Assembly: GCA_001643675.2 (NCBI GenBank)
Contig: LSRY02000056.1
Location: 124,001-188,000 of the forward strand
Direction: 5' to 3'
DNA: 64,000 bases
DNA from: Monocercomonoides exilis PA203
Taxonomy: Eukaryota > Protista > Preaxostyla
The notes under the pieces are model-generated. The model was not told the DNA's origin. It did no database searches and worked only from the letters and a program-made list of their open reading frames with translations. The position numbers and the translations under genes are program-made. Shown piece by piece: positions 49,183-61,919 of the stretch (the first letter of the stretch is position 1; each line of letters opens with the position of its first letter).

Positions 49183-49749
49183 TTATTCTTCAAGGTTTAT
49201 TGAATTTTTAAATTTCGCTTGAAGCTCACCCTTTAACTTTGTGAGCTCTTCTGTTCTTTCTGCCCTCTTTCCTTTTAATTTTGCAAGCTCAGTACGATTT
49301 TCGTCCAGTTTTCGTGTAACCATCTGCTTCGCTTCGTCAAGATCTACATGAGAAAACATTTCACCAACATATACACGAAGAGGTCCTTCTTCATCAGAAG
49401 ATAATTCATATTCATCAAAGTCTGCCATGGCATCTTCAAGTTGTTTTACGATTGTCTGTTTTAAAAAGAAAAACAAAATATTTTTTTATTAAAAAGCAAC
49501 AAAATTGAAATAAATATCGTTTAAATGCAAAAGAATATTTTAAACTTATTAACAACAAACTTCCAACGCTGAAATTTTTTCGCTATCTTCTTGGTTCAGT
49601 TGGTATAAATTGCTAAAACGGCAAATGCTTTGTTGGTCTTCCCAAGTCACTTCAACGTCAACTTCTTCGTTTTTTGAAATCTAAAAGAAAATTACATTCA
49701 TAAAAATTTCATATCATTTTATTCTTGTCAGCAGTTGCTTTCAAACCAT
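49183..49749 (-). CDS. PFDN4: Prefoldin subunit 4 (3 exons; first coding exon is ATG only)
   Basis: M|ISKNEEVDVEVTWEDQQSICRFSNL..LEDA..VGEMFSH..LKGELQAKFKNSINLEE. Confidence 0.92.
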
Positions 49750-49854
49750 TGGATATAAACAAAAACTTTAAGTTTGTAATATGATCTGAACCATTTACTA
49801 CTTATTTGTTCACCCGTAATAAAAAATAGAAAAAAGAGATCCAAGATTTCTTTA

Positions 49855-52046
49855 ATGGCAGAACAGCCAAAGGCCGCACCACCACCTCCTCCGACTCAAC
49901 AGCAAGGAGCTCATCCTACAAATCGAATTTACTATCATCCAACAGATCCTTACAATTTTCAACTCCCGTTCAATCATCCTGCACAGTATATTTTTAATCA
50001 ATTGGAACTTTCTCAAACTCCAATCGGGTATTCTTTTCGGAGCACTGAATCGGATTTAGTACCTCGTAGACTGATTCGTCTTGTGATGGATTTACCAAAA
50101 CCCGAAAAAAAAGCAGAAGCTCTTGACGAACTTGCAAAGGTTTCTTCATTTTTCAAAGAAATTATGCATATAACTTTTTTGAATTTAGTTAATTGATGTA
50201 CCACCGTACAATAGATATCTTGCTCCACTTTTATGGTATTCTGCTGGAACTATGTTAATTATTGTTCAAGAGATTGTGTCCATCTATCCGTCGATAGATC
50301 CTCCGACCATGACTCCTCAGTATGCAAAATATTTATGTTGTTATTTTTTATTTTATTTATTTATTTGTGTATATTAAAGGCAGCACAAATCTGTTCTTAA
50401 TTCAATATTTTTATTACATGCAATTGTTGAAAATCCCGAGACATGCGCGCAATTACTTCATTGTACGACATTTCTATTTATTGTGATTTGTTAACTGACA
50501 TATTTTTTTAAAAAGCAAAAATTCCATTATTGCTTATTCCTTTATTACGTTCTCCTCAGCAATCTTTAGAAATTCAAGCAATCAAATTATCAGCTATTTG
50601 CACTTTTGCTCTGCTCGCAAATGTTTGCTATCTTTTTATTGACATAAAAGACATATTATTGAAAAAACGTTATATTCAATTTTCTGTGCATATGCGACAA
50701 ACAAATCAATAACATTGCAATGGACTCACACTTAATGTTTCAACGGGAATCAGAAACAAGATGATTTTATTCATACTTTTTTAATAGAAAACGAAATAGC
50801 AAAAATTTGCTGTAGAATTATCAAAAACGATGCATATCGTTCAAAAATGGTATGACATTATTTATTTTAAACAAAAATATAAAGCCTAACATAAATACAA
50901 TTTATTTCTAATTGTTTCAATGATGACCAATGATCCATTTGAAGTATGGCATTGGCATAATATTCAATCTCTTGGGCAACAAGCAGAGCCTTGTGCGCAT
51001 CCGAGAGCTTCCGGACATGCTGAAGATGATTGTGGTTACATTTGACGACCTGCTTAAGCAAATCTATTTTGTGATCAGGGAAAAAGCGCACAAAGCCAAC
51101 CTTGATGAGGAAATGATGCTGAAACAGATAGCAAAATGTTTTATAACAATCTACAACGACAACGAGTATGCCTCATTGCGATGGAAAGATAAAGGAACGA
51201 ATATTCGATTGAAATAAAATAAAATAAAAAAGAAAAAAAATAATAACAAAGAAATCTGAAGAAATATAACAAGAATTGATTGTCATTAACACAAAATTTA
51301 CATTTTCTTTTTCCTCTGAATTTCAATTTTTTATTTCAATTTTACTATTTTTGCTTCTTGAAATTGCATTTCCCCCCCCTTTTTTTTCCTCCCCACTAAA
51401 CTTCCTCATTTTCTGTGTGTTTAGTGCATTTTTGCAGATGATGCGTGAAGAGATTCCCTTCCCCTGCTTTGAGAACATCAAAGCGATCAACCCAGAGACG
51501 AAAGCGGAAGAGTCGCTGATCTCCGAAAACACACTCCTGTACACCAGCCGTGCAGAGTCCATGCAGAACAGCCGCATTCAGTTCTTCCAGCAGCAGCAGC
51601 AGCGCTTCCTCCAGGCACAGGCACAAGCACAAGCACAGGCACAGGCACGCTCTCAGGCACAGGCACAGACACGTCCGCAGGTCCCAGTGCAGTCCCAGGT
51701 GCAAGTGGCAGTGCAGACACAGACACAGCCACAGGTGCAGGTGCCTGTGCCAGTAACTGTGCAGGCACCCCCACCGCAGCAGCAATCTGTCCCTCAGACG
51801 GTCCCTCAGCAGGTGCTCCAGCCAGTCCCTCAGCCTGTCTCCTCACAGGTCTCACAGCACGTCCAGCCACAGGTGGCTCAATTACCGCAGCAGCAGTTTT
51901 TCCCTCCCCCGCCTGGTGCGCCTAATGTGCATTCACAGTCAACTGGAATGAGCGGAATGCCAAAACAGTCGTATCAAATTCAATACCCTCCAATTGCAAT
52001 GCCTTCGACTGTGTTACAACCACCATCACAACCTCCAAGACAGTGA
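49855..52046 (+). CDS. CNOT9: Divergent CNOT9/Rcd1/Caf40 (CCR4-NOT subunit) with a Q/P-rich tail
   Basis: EALDELAK..DLAPLLWYSAGTMLIIVQEIVSIYPSIDPP..AKIPLLLIPLL matches the Rcd1 consensus [20 protein letters not shown]..YP. Confidence 0.8.
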
Positions 52047-52212
52047 AATAACTTATAAAATTGGGGAAATGTTTTTATAGTTTTGCTCTTTTATTGTTTT
52101 CTTTCAATAAATATGCATTTAAAAGTAAATACTTGAAAGATTATTTTTTATTTTGGATCAACTACCTACCCATTCTTGGTACACTTGAAACAGAAATAAT
52201 TTATTATTTGTA

Positions 52213-55200
52213 ATGTCAGCAGCATCTCAACGAGGTGCCCAGAATGAACGGTTAAAAACACCAATGAGATCATCAAGAAGCCAAAAACAAGCACCAAAAC
52301 CGTTGCAATTACCAAGAAATCAATTTGAGAATTCTCAAGAAACAAAGACAACACCAACAAAATCACAGAATAACATGGGATCTTCATCATCACAGGCCAA
52401 TTTGCAAAATCCTGACCAATCTCCTTCAAAGACTCCTTCGCGAGTGAAAAATCCTTTTACCGCACTTACGTCTCCTGTTGTTGGAAGCAAAATTTACAAC
52501 ATTGGAGGAGCATATTTGATGAACATGTCAAAGATACCAGGCGTTGTTAAAGATTCTGATCACGATAGATTTGCGTTTCCTGTTGATGCCGTCCCAGAAA
52601 CAATTTTTGCTCAAAACAATGGATTTGACTCATTCAAAGGAATGCAACCAATTCCTGGTTTATCAGAATTATATTTACAAGGAAACAGAATTCGAGACTT
52701 TGAAGGGCTTCCAGAACTTAACGATTTGAAACATTTATATCTTGATCAAAATTCAATTTTTTCATTTAAAGGAGCTCATGATCTGCCTTCTCTTACAACT
52801 CTGTCGCTTCGAGATAATCCCGTTACATCTTACGAGCCTCCAAAGGCACATCCTAAATCTGAACGCGCTTATAGATTGATGGCCTTAGTCGCCTTCAGTT
52901 CTCCAACGCTTTCAAGAATTGATGGAGTTGCTCTTTCAACATATGAACGAGATGATGCAAAAAGAATAGGGCATCTTATTAAAGGCAAGTTGCGAGAAGG
53001 TTATATGCTTCGTCACATTTACGGAGAGCCTCGCACAGGAAGAGAGAGAAATAAGGGAAGCTACAAAATAAGGGCTATTGAAGAGTGTGGAGAAGAAGAA
53101 GAAATCGAACTGAGCGACGAAGAAGAATATCGCTCGCGGAAGCGCAGCTTATCACCCAGATCTCCACGCTCGCCACGTTCTCCTTATTCTCCTCGGTCAC
53201 TCCATTCACCCCGCTCGCCGAGAAGTCCCAGAGCATCTCGCTCTCAATTGTCGCCTCTGAGGAAATCACACGACGAGAAAGGATGGGAAGTGGAAGGAGA
53301 GAACGAGGAGCAGCACTTCGATGATTCTTCTGCTGCACAATCTGCTTCTGCCTCTGCCTCTGCTTCTGCTTCTTCCTCAGACACTTCAGAACACATGGCT
53401 GAATCTTCGTCTATGGACAACGAGCTGCCGCCTCGAAAGTCTCAGTCAACACCCAACCAGTCACAAATGGAGGCTTCGATGATTGCTCCGTTGGATTCGT
53501 CAGATTCCTCTCAGTTTGACGAGGACAACGCACAGCTGGCGTCGCCCTGGGCAAAAGAAGAGGGCGAGGATGCTTTTGGAGACAATGTGCTGCTCCAAAC
53601 AGAAGGTGAGCGTGGCAATGAGGGTGAATCGAAAGAAGGGGAAAGTGAAAATGTTGGAAACGAGAAGGTTGGAAGAAATATGAAAGATGAGAAGAAGGTT
53701 AAAGAGGGAGAAGGAAATAACAATAATGCTTCATCTTCTTCAGCTGCGAATGTGTCTTCACAGAAAGGAAATAAAGCAGAAGTATCGAATGTACAAGGAA
53801 ATGAGCCTTCAAATGAGAAAGAGCTGTCTTCATCACAAAGTGCATCTGATCTCAACAACCAGAAAGCAGCAGGCGAAGAACAAAAAGAGAAAAAGAAATA
53901 TAAAAGTGTGTTTTCAAAAAAAAAAAAAAAGGAAATATTTCTGCAAATGAAAATTTTCTGTTTTGCTTTTCAAGTTATAAATCACTTTGTTTCAATATGA
54001 TTTTTTATTTTCTTTTGAACCAACAGTTTTATGCTCGAAATTATCATTTTTATATTTTGCCTTCTTCACTTTTATTTATTTATTTATTTATTTTTTCTTT
54101 CTTATGATATATTTTGATTGTTTATCCAAAATGCAATATTTATGCGATCGTTCAATTTCAGAGATTGCTGGCTATATTGACTTGGAGTTTGTGCCAGACA
54201 CAACATCTGCTGCTTCCTCACCTCGTGCAAAGAGAATCAAATCTGAACGCGTTTGCCAATTCTTTCTTTCTTTTTTTTTTTTTTAACTTTGTTTTGTTAT
54301 TAATCGATTGAATTTGCTTTTTTATTTTCTTTGGAACACTTCATATTTGGACTCCAATCAAACTTATTCACAACCGATTCAATGATATTCACCTATTTCC
54401 TTCTCTTTCTTTCTTCACTTATTTTTCAAATCTATTCCAGTACATCGGCCATCATCCACGCACAAAGCATGATGCACCCTCGCCCTTCTCTCTGTTTGAT
54501 GGGACAGGGCCCGAATACGAGGAGAGGGGGAAAGCAGAGGAAGACAATGTGGATGAGGAAAAGATGACAGAGGAAGAGAAAGAGCTGAAGAGAAAAGCAG
54601 ACGCCAGAGACGCACTGCAGAGGAGAAGAGAATACGGCGAGGCGCAAAGGAGGCAGATGATGGAGCAGGCGAAGAAGAAGAAGAAGAAGAAGAAGAAGAC
54701 GCTGAGGCACAAAAAGGGGAAGAAGAAGAAGAAGAAGAAGAAGGCAAGCGCCACATCGGGAACAGAGGAGGAGTCAGAGATGGAGAACGAGGCAGGCCAT
54801 CCGCTTTCGAGGGAGGAGGAGCTGAATCAGCTGGACTTGGAAGAGCTCGAGCGCTCGCTGAACGATGTGGACAAGAAATTCGTGGAGAAGATCAACGGAG
54901 TGATCAAATGTATGTGGACGAGATTGTTAGATTGACTAGCGCCTTTTTTCTTTTTTCTTTTTTTGTAAATGATTTGTTTGATCCTTTTTAACTTTGGATA
55001 AATTATTTTTATTGCTATCTTTTTGTTATAAATTTTTCATTATTTTATATTTTTTTCTATGAAATTATCTCTCTTATCATCTCTTTCTCATCTTCAGCTG
55101 CCAAAGAGCTATTCGAAGTCGAAAACAACCAGCTCGACTCTTCTCTCGCGAATGGCGTAGCACATGCAGCTCTGTTTGGAGCAGACGAGATCACCATCAA

Positions 55201-57502
55201 CCAGAAAGTGGATGTCTCCCCCGATGCCCCCATCACTGCCCAGCGCCTCCTCCACGAGCTGTGCATCCCCCGCTCCCAGTCGCAGCTGCTCTCGTCGCCT
55301 CTCTCTGTCTCCCCCGGCGGCGGCATCACCATCTTCCACTCTTCTTCTCACTCCGCCAGCACTTCATCCACTTCCTCCACGCCCCGCTACGGCCTCGTCC
55401 AGCACTCATCCTCTCCTTCCTCTTCCTCCCCTGCTTCTTCTCTTGCTCTCTCCTCTCCTTCCACACCCACCCTCCCTTCGCATCACCTCATCCGCTCTGA
55501 CGACGATTTGACGACTGTCTCCACTGCCCAGTTCCAGCCAATCACCAGCGTCTCTGCCCACTCTGACCTCTCCCACCGCTCTCTCCAGCTGCCTTCCTCT
55601 GACTCTGACTCGTCCTCTGCTGCAAGCACCACTCACTCTGCCAGCCAGCCAGGGGAATACAACGGGGCTGTCCTCACACCCACAAACGGAGACGAGATGC
55701 AGACGTCGTCGCTGATCTCTGCCTCTCCATCGCCCGAGTCCTTCTCAACTGACTCAGAGGCATTCTATCCAAACAGCTCGCCTGTCCCGCTGGACGAAAA
55801 CAGCTCCCGAAGCAAGAGTGGCAGCGAATGCGAAGTGCATCCTCTCCATCTGTCTGTGCTGCTGCAGCGATGCAATCTGCCCACAGCTTGTGCTCTTCGT
55901 GTGGAAGGGGCTGCGAAGGTGCCCGTGTTCTGTGAGAGTGTCCAGGCACAGGAGTGGACGAATGGCATTGGGAAGCTGTCGATTGACCCGAAGGGGCTGT
56001 CTGTGTACATCACAGCGACGTCTGCTGCACAGATGAGAGTGTCGTGGATGCTGGTGGAGAGTGCGAAGGTGTATGCATCACAGAGGGAGAAGGAGGAGGA
56101 GGAGAGAGAGAAGGAGATGGAGAGGAGCAGATTGCTGTTGCAGCAGATGCAGGCAGAGCAAATAGAAGAGAAGGAAGAAGGAGGGGAGGAATGGGAAGAA
56201 GGGCAGAAAGAAGGAGAAAACGAGAAGCAGCCAGAAGAAGGAGAGCAAAACAAACAAAACGAAGGAGAAGAGAATACAAATGCAATGGAACAAACAGGAG
56301 AGATGAAGAGCAGTGAGTCTGAAGGAGAAGCCGAAGAGAACGGGCAGCAAGCGCTAGCAACAACAGTAGAAGAAGAAGGAAGCCAGCCAGCAACAGCTGC
56401 AGAGCACGAGAAGAAGCCAAAGAGCACCAAATCCAATGCATTTGCTTCCTTGTTCCTGAAAAAGCCGATGGGATCACATTCTTCTAAACAGTCTTCTTCT
56501 ACTTCTTCATTGGCAGCCAAAGGAGAAAGCGCTAACAGTGGCTCGTTGGACTACAGGTCAGAAGGAACCTCACAGGAATACGTGGGGACTAGCAGGAAGA
56601 ATGCTGAAAGAGACGATGAGAATGAAGGAGCGAGTGAGAATGAGGGAGAAGACGAGAACGAGAACGAGGAGGAGATGGGCCTGTTGGTGATTGGGCTGCT
56701 GACAGGAGCAGAAATCTGTGTGAGGTGCCGCGATGTGAATGGCATACACACGCTCATTCAGCTGTGGCTGCGGAAGACAAGGCCGAAGAGGAAGCTGTTT
56801 GTGCAGGCGTTTGCAGGAGGGGTGAGGGAGAACATAATGGAACAAGGAGTGATTGTGGAGCTGGATGAGTTTGAGGAGGCGGTGAGAAGGATGGACGAGG
56901 AGAAAGGGAGAGAAGAAGAGCTGAGGAGAATAAAAGAAGAGGAAGCATTGAGGATGCAGAGGGAAAGAGAAGAGAAGGAAGAGAGAGAAAGAGAGGGGAG
57001 GATGGGCAGCAGCAATCAAGAAGAAGGAGAAGGAGAAGGAGAAGGAGAAGGAGAAGGAGAAGGAGAAGAGCGGGAACAAGAGTATGAACATCACCCTGAT
57101 TCTCTGTTGGCAGAAAAAGAACGAGAGGCTATAAAAGTGACTGAAGCATACCCAGAAGAGGACATGATGAGATCGTCAACAGACGAACGGAATGAAGAGA
57201 AAGAGATGAAAGAGGAAGAAGATGCAGAGGAAGAAGAAGATGAGATGGATGAGAAGGACAGTTTGATTGATGAAGAAGGAGATGAAACAGACGATGAGGC
57301 GCTGGCAATGGAGATGTTGGACAAGCACAGAAGCAGGAACAAGAGCGGAGAAAGCAACATAACGGAGAATGAGAAGGCAAACGAGGAGTTGGGAAGAGAA
57401 GAAGTAGCAGAGGAGAAAGAGAAAGAGAAAGAGGCAGAGGGTGAGGAAGAGAAGGAGAAAGAGCAGACAAACGAAGTTATGTCAAATGAAGCAACGAACT
57501 AG
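52213..57502 (+). CDS. Large LRR protein with an AIR9-like LRR/LRRcap region, SPR repeats and acidic regions (multi-exon, probably one gene)
   Basis: LRRs LSELYLQGNRI, LKHLYLDQNSI, LTTLSLRDNPV, cap YRLMALVAF..TLSRIDG..KLREGY. GT-AG exons plausibly link ORFs 52213, ~54162, ~54441 and ~55098-57502. Confidence 0.7.
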
Positions 57503-57865
57503 AAATGAAAACTGCTCATATCATCAATTAAATTGTGAAAGCAACCTTTTCATTATTAATAATTTAATTTAATTTTGTTATCTTTGAATTTTATGCACTT
57601 GTTGATTTGTTTCATCCAACACGATATTTATTGATTTTTTATAATCACTTCTCTGGCAGTGTTCTGTTTTCTTTTTTTTATCCCTGTCGTAACAACTAGA
57701 CAATCTGCTAAAACTTTCTCTGCTAACAATTCTCTCCCTCCCTCTCTCTCTCTCATTTTTTTCCCCCCTTTCAAACAAGAATGGACAGTTGCGAATATGA
57801 ATCTTATGCAAAATGAAAACCTTTTCCAATTTTTTTTTTTGTGGTTTTGAAAGAAAAATTTAAAA

Positions 57866-58084
57866 TAGATATTTTACCATAACTATGTATTGTTTCGTAA
57901 AAAATAATGAATAATGAATACAAACAAGTTATTACGAATAGTTCAACTTGTTTGTCGAAACATCTATGTCGTTCCTGTAATTACTCATTCTTTCGATAAA
58001 TATAATTTTTTTACTGATAAACCATGAAAAACCCGTAACAAGTCTGTCTTTCTGGTAAAAGCTTTATCAAACCCGGTTAAAGTA
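57866..58084 (+). repeat. 219-bp segment A, identical inverted copy at 63412-63630
   Basis: TAGATATTTTACCATAAC...CCCGGTTAAAGTA equals the reverse complement of 63412-63630 with no mismatch seen. Confidence 0.95.
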
Positions 58085-58559
58085 GATATTTTACGGCAAC
58101 TATCTGTATTTAGCAAAATGCTTAGTTGTTACGAAAAATCAAGACTTGTAACGGATAAATTACACTTGTTACGAAAAAAACCCATTCTTTCAGACAAAGA
58201 TTTTATATTTAAAAGGAAACAAAATTTGAATGTATTTTGAGACACTTGTGTTCCAATTTATTAGACTGATAAATTTTTATCAAAGATGAGTTATTTAACG
58301 TTCGTTGATCCTTTTATTATGTATGCATCATTTTTTGTGAACGAAAAACAAAACATAATTTTTATTTTTTTAATTTGTGAATTTATTTTTCATATTGAAA
58401 CACAAAAACTGATAGTTGAAGCTCCCAAGTTAGAAATGCAGACATTCAACATGAAAATTGCACTAGTGGAATACTATATTCACAAACATCATCGTCGTTT
58501 TCAGAAACAGTTTCTTCTTTGAATTCATTAAATACTTCTGTTTACTCCAGTCAAGCAAG

Positions 58560-59000
58560 CAGCAACTTAATGAATAGACAAAAGAATGGGCTGAATGAAT
58601 GTGTTTCTCGATGAAAAATAACAGCGAATAAACGATATCAGACCATGGTGGAAGGTTTTTTTGTTCATATCTTCGATTGAAAATACCAAAGCCAAAAAAG
58701 AAATGGAATTAAATGCGAGACCCACAAAATAACGAATTCCAGAAGAATGGTTTTTGACAGGATGAAACGGCTGTGGAAACAATGTGTGAACAAATATCGT
58801 CACGGGATGGATGATGCGAATTTTTATGAAGAAATTGCTGTACGGCTCACAAATCTCAATATTCAGTCGAACTACCTCACAGAAGATGATGGGAAGTTTG
58901 AGAAGAAATGACTTATTTTTAATCAAGATGAAGTGGAAAAGCAAACAAAAAAAAAAGGCGCGAATCAAACTTAATGTTCAGAGAGAAAATGAAAAGAAAA
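58560..59000 (+). pseudogene. Possible decayed PIF/Harbinger-ISL2EU (DDE_Tnp_4) transposase C-terminal remnant
   Basis: Across a frameshift it reads RIPEEWF/DRMKRLWKQCVNKYRH..EIAVRLTNLNIQSNYLTEDDG, resembling the R..VE.FFGR.K.LW...KYR...ALTN family pattern. Confidence 0.35.
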
Positions 59001-59439
59001 CGAAAATCAATGCACGATGAAGAAATACATATGGAGAATTCAAAACAACGGAAAATTGCAAATGACGAGATCAATAAAGAAGCAGAAGGCAACAAAGAAT
59101 AACTACTTAGCGATTTGCACTTTTTTTGTTCAGTTTTCCGAATTCTTGTTTCTTTTTTAAGTTTTTTGCCTTCCAGTTTTTCATCACTTTCACTACAAAT
59201 AAAAATAACAAATAAAAAGTTGTTTCAGTTCAAAAATAAAATAACTCGGAAAGAAAGAAATACCAAACTATAGTTAGAGGTTTTGCAACGCAGTCCTATC
59301 TTTCCGATTTGTTCTGCTTATACAGATATTCAGCCTTATCTTTAACATGAAAATAACTTATTTCATTCTTAAACCTGTCATTAGTTGTCAAGCTGCTGCA
59401 AACCAAAATGGACGTCCATTTTTCGTTATGATATCTTAT

Positions 59440-60700
59440 ATCAATTTTGCTTCCAACAATAGATCTGATTCTGAAGTCTGTGATAGAACTCAACAAACCC
59501 CATGTACCACAGCGGAGTATGACCTCAACGGCTTCATTTCCCTCCTTCAAGATGCGTCTCTTACTCTCCTCAGCTCAACATTTGTCCCCAATCAAACTCT
59601 AACCTTCATCGCTTCTGATATAAAAATCACTGGCAATGGCACAGAATCAACTACAGTCGCCTCCAGTGGAATCCAACAACCGAATTCTTCTTCATCTCTC
59701 TCAACATCATCATTTTCATCATATTAATCATTTTCGTCATCAACATCTTCTTCACCAGATCCATCTGCCTCGTCTGCCCTCTTAACAGACACAGGGCTCC
59801 CTCACAGTCTCTGCAGTCGACATCGCTCACAACTCCACAAACTCCATCACCCCCATCCTCTTCCACCTTTCCGATAACTCCCCTTCCCTCAACCTCAACA
59901 CAACCACCATCACCGAAACAACCTCATCTTCATCATCAATCACAACTCCCCTCTTCTTCATCACTGCTGGCTCCCTCGCCCTCAACCACACAACAATCAC
60001 AAAACTCATCCTCAACAGCCAAAGCATCTTCCATCTCACCTCCCTCACAGCTCCTCTCATCCTCAACTCCTCCAACATCACTCACATCACCTCCACTGCT
60101 TACCCCGCCAGCTGTGTCCTCTCCTCTGCCACCTCCCCTGCCCTCTCCCTCTCCCTCGCCAACTGCACCATCACCAGCATCAACTCAGCTCCACAAAACC
60201 AACAGACAGCCACCAATGGCGGGTGCATCTCATTCTCCTCATCTGCCTCTGCCAACACATTTTCGGTGAGCAACACAAATTTCTCCACCTGCTGTGTGAG
60301 CGAGGATACAAGTTCTGGAGGAAGAGGCGGTGCTCTCATGATCGAGTACAAGGACGATTCAGAAGTGTCATCCACAACCTTTTCCATCACCAATATCGTG
60401 TTTTCAGCCAACAAGGCCAGTGTCGGAAGAGATATGTATTTTCTGTGTGAATCATTTGTTGCTTCTGTGAAAGAGCCCTTATTCGCCTTCATGGGAAACA
60501 TCACTCAGAAAGACAATTCGATTGCTGGACATGACAGAACAGAGGCATTTGGCAACTGGAATGTCGATTTGTTTATATTTCTCAACGGGCATTCAGCTGA
60601 CAATGAATATGTGGAAAGCATACTTGGCATCAAAGCAATGAATTTCTGGCTATAAAAGATGCCCTGCAAGAGGACACAAAACGCTATGAGTCTTCTGAAG
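59440..60700 (+). pseudogene. Fragment of an expanded beta-helix/PMP-like surface protein family
   Basis: S/T-rich beta-strand repeats with GGCI..FSTC..GGAL..FSANKASVGRDMYF. Stop at 59725-59727, a frameshift near 59785 and a truncated end. Confidence 0.65.
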
Positions 60701-61448
60701 AAGGTGCAGATCATAAGGCAGAAATCATTTTATCAGCTGACTTGTCGGTGAATTTATGTGCAAAAGAAGGCAAAGTCGAAGATATTTGAAGAGAAGGTAC
60801 ACAAAATAGAAGAAAACATCTCACATGTGCATTTGATGAAATCAACATTGCTTGTCGGATATTTATTCTCTTGTTTTTAAAGAATTTTCTGTTAAATATG
60901 TCTTTCCTCTGAATCAGTTTCCTTCATCCTTTCATCTTCCACATCTCGTTAAAGGCGTGTGACGTTGTGTCACCTGCCGAACCTATTTTTGAAGCCCATC
61001 CATTTCACAAAAGAACTGCTTCAATGTATTTTCTGTTTTCACAGCAAATGCTTCGGTTTCAAAATGTGAAAAGTCGGAACTGTCCTCCTTTTTTTAATTT
61101 TGACATGCCAATCTGCTATTCTCCACAAAAAGTTTCTTTCATTTCGTTGTCTCATAATTTCAGCTGATATTCTGTGATTGAATAAAAAATTATCTGTGCT
61201 TCTGAATAGAAATGTGAGACGAGGGATGGAGCTGAATTTGGCTGGAGTTGAATAAAGTGGAAATATAAATATTTTTGTTGATCATCGAAGAAGGCGTTGA
61301 AGAAGAAGAAATAAAATGAAATGAATCCATATTGATGGCATTTCATTTCCAATATTATGAACGAAAATGTCAATCATTCAACGTTGATATATCGAGGCGA
61401 AGAAATGAGAATGATTTATTTTTTGTTCAGTTTATACGTGCTTAAGAA

Positions 61449-61919
61449 TTGAATGGAATAAATGCATCAGAATGTCCATGGACTGATCCAATGCCATCGG
61501 AAAATTTACAGTTAAGAGGAAGCGGAAGAAGACAACGAAGAAGAAGAAAAGGAAGAAAAAGGAAGGACGATGATGATGATGATGACGACGACGATGATGA
61601 TGATGATGAGGAGGAGGAGGAAGAGCAGGAAGAGGAGGAAGAGGAGGAGAAGGAGGAGGAGAAGGAGATGCAAATTGCTGGTTTGTTTGTGGAATCTGAA
61701 CAACATTATAAAAAGCAGAAGAAGCAGAAGAAATATAAGAATTCTTTGTCAATTGACTTTTTTATGCTTTTCCATCAACATCCGAAAGCGAAGGAGAAGA
61801 GATTCGATTGCTTAGAAAGTCAATATCTGGACTTAGAGGAAGAAGAGGAAGAAGAGGACGAAGAGGAAGAAGAGGATGAAGAAGAAGGAGGAAATTCGAG
61901 TGTATTGGTGGAAGGTTGA
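61449..61919 (+). other. Acidic low-complexity ORF built on (GAT)/(GAG)/(GAA) repeats; coding status doubtful
   Basis: D/E homopolymers, no recognisable domain. Confidence 0.3.
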
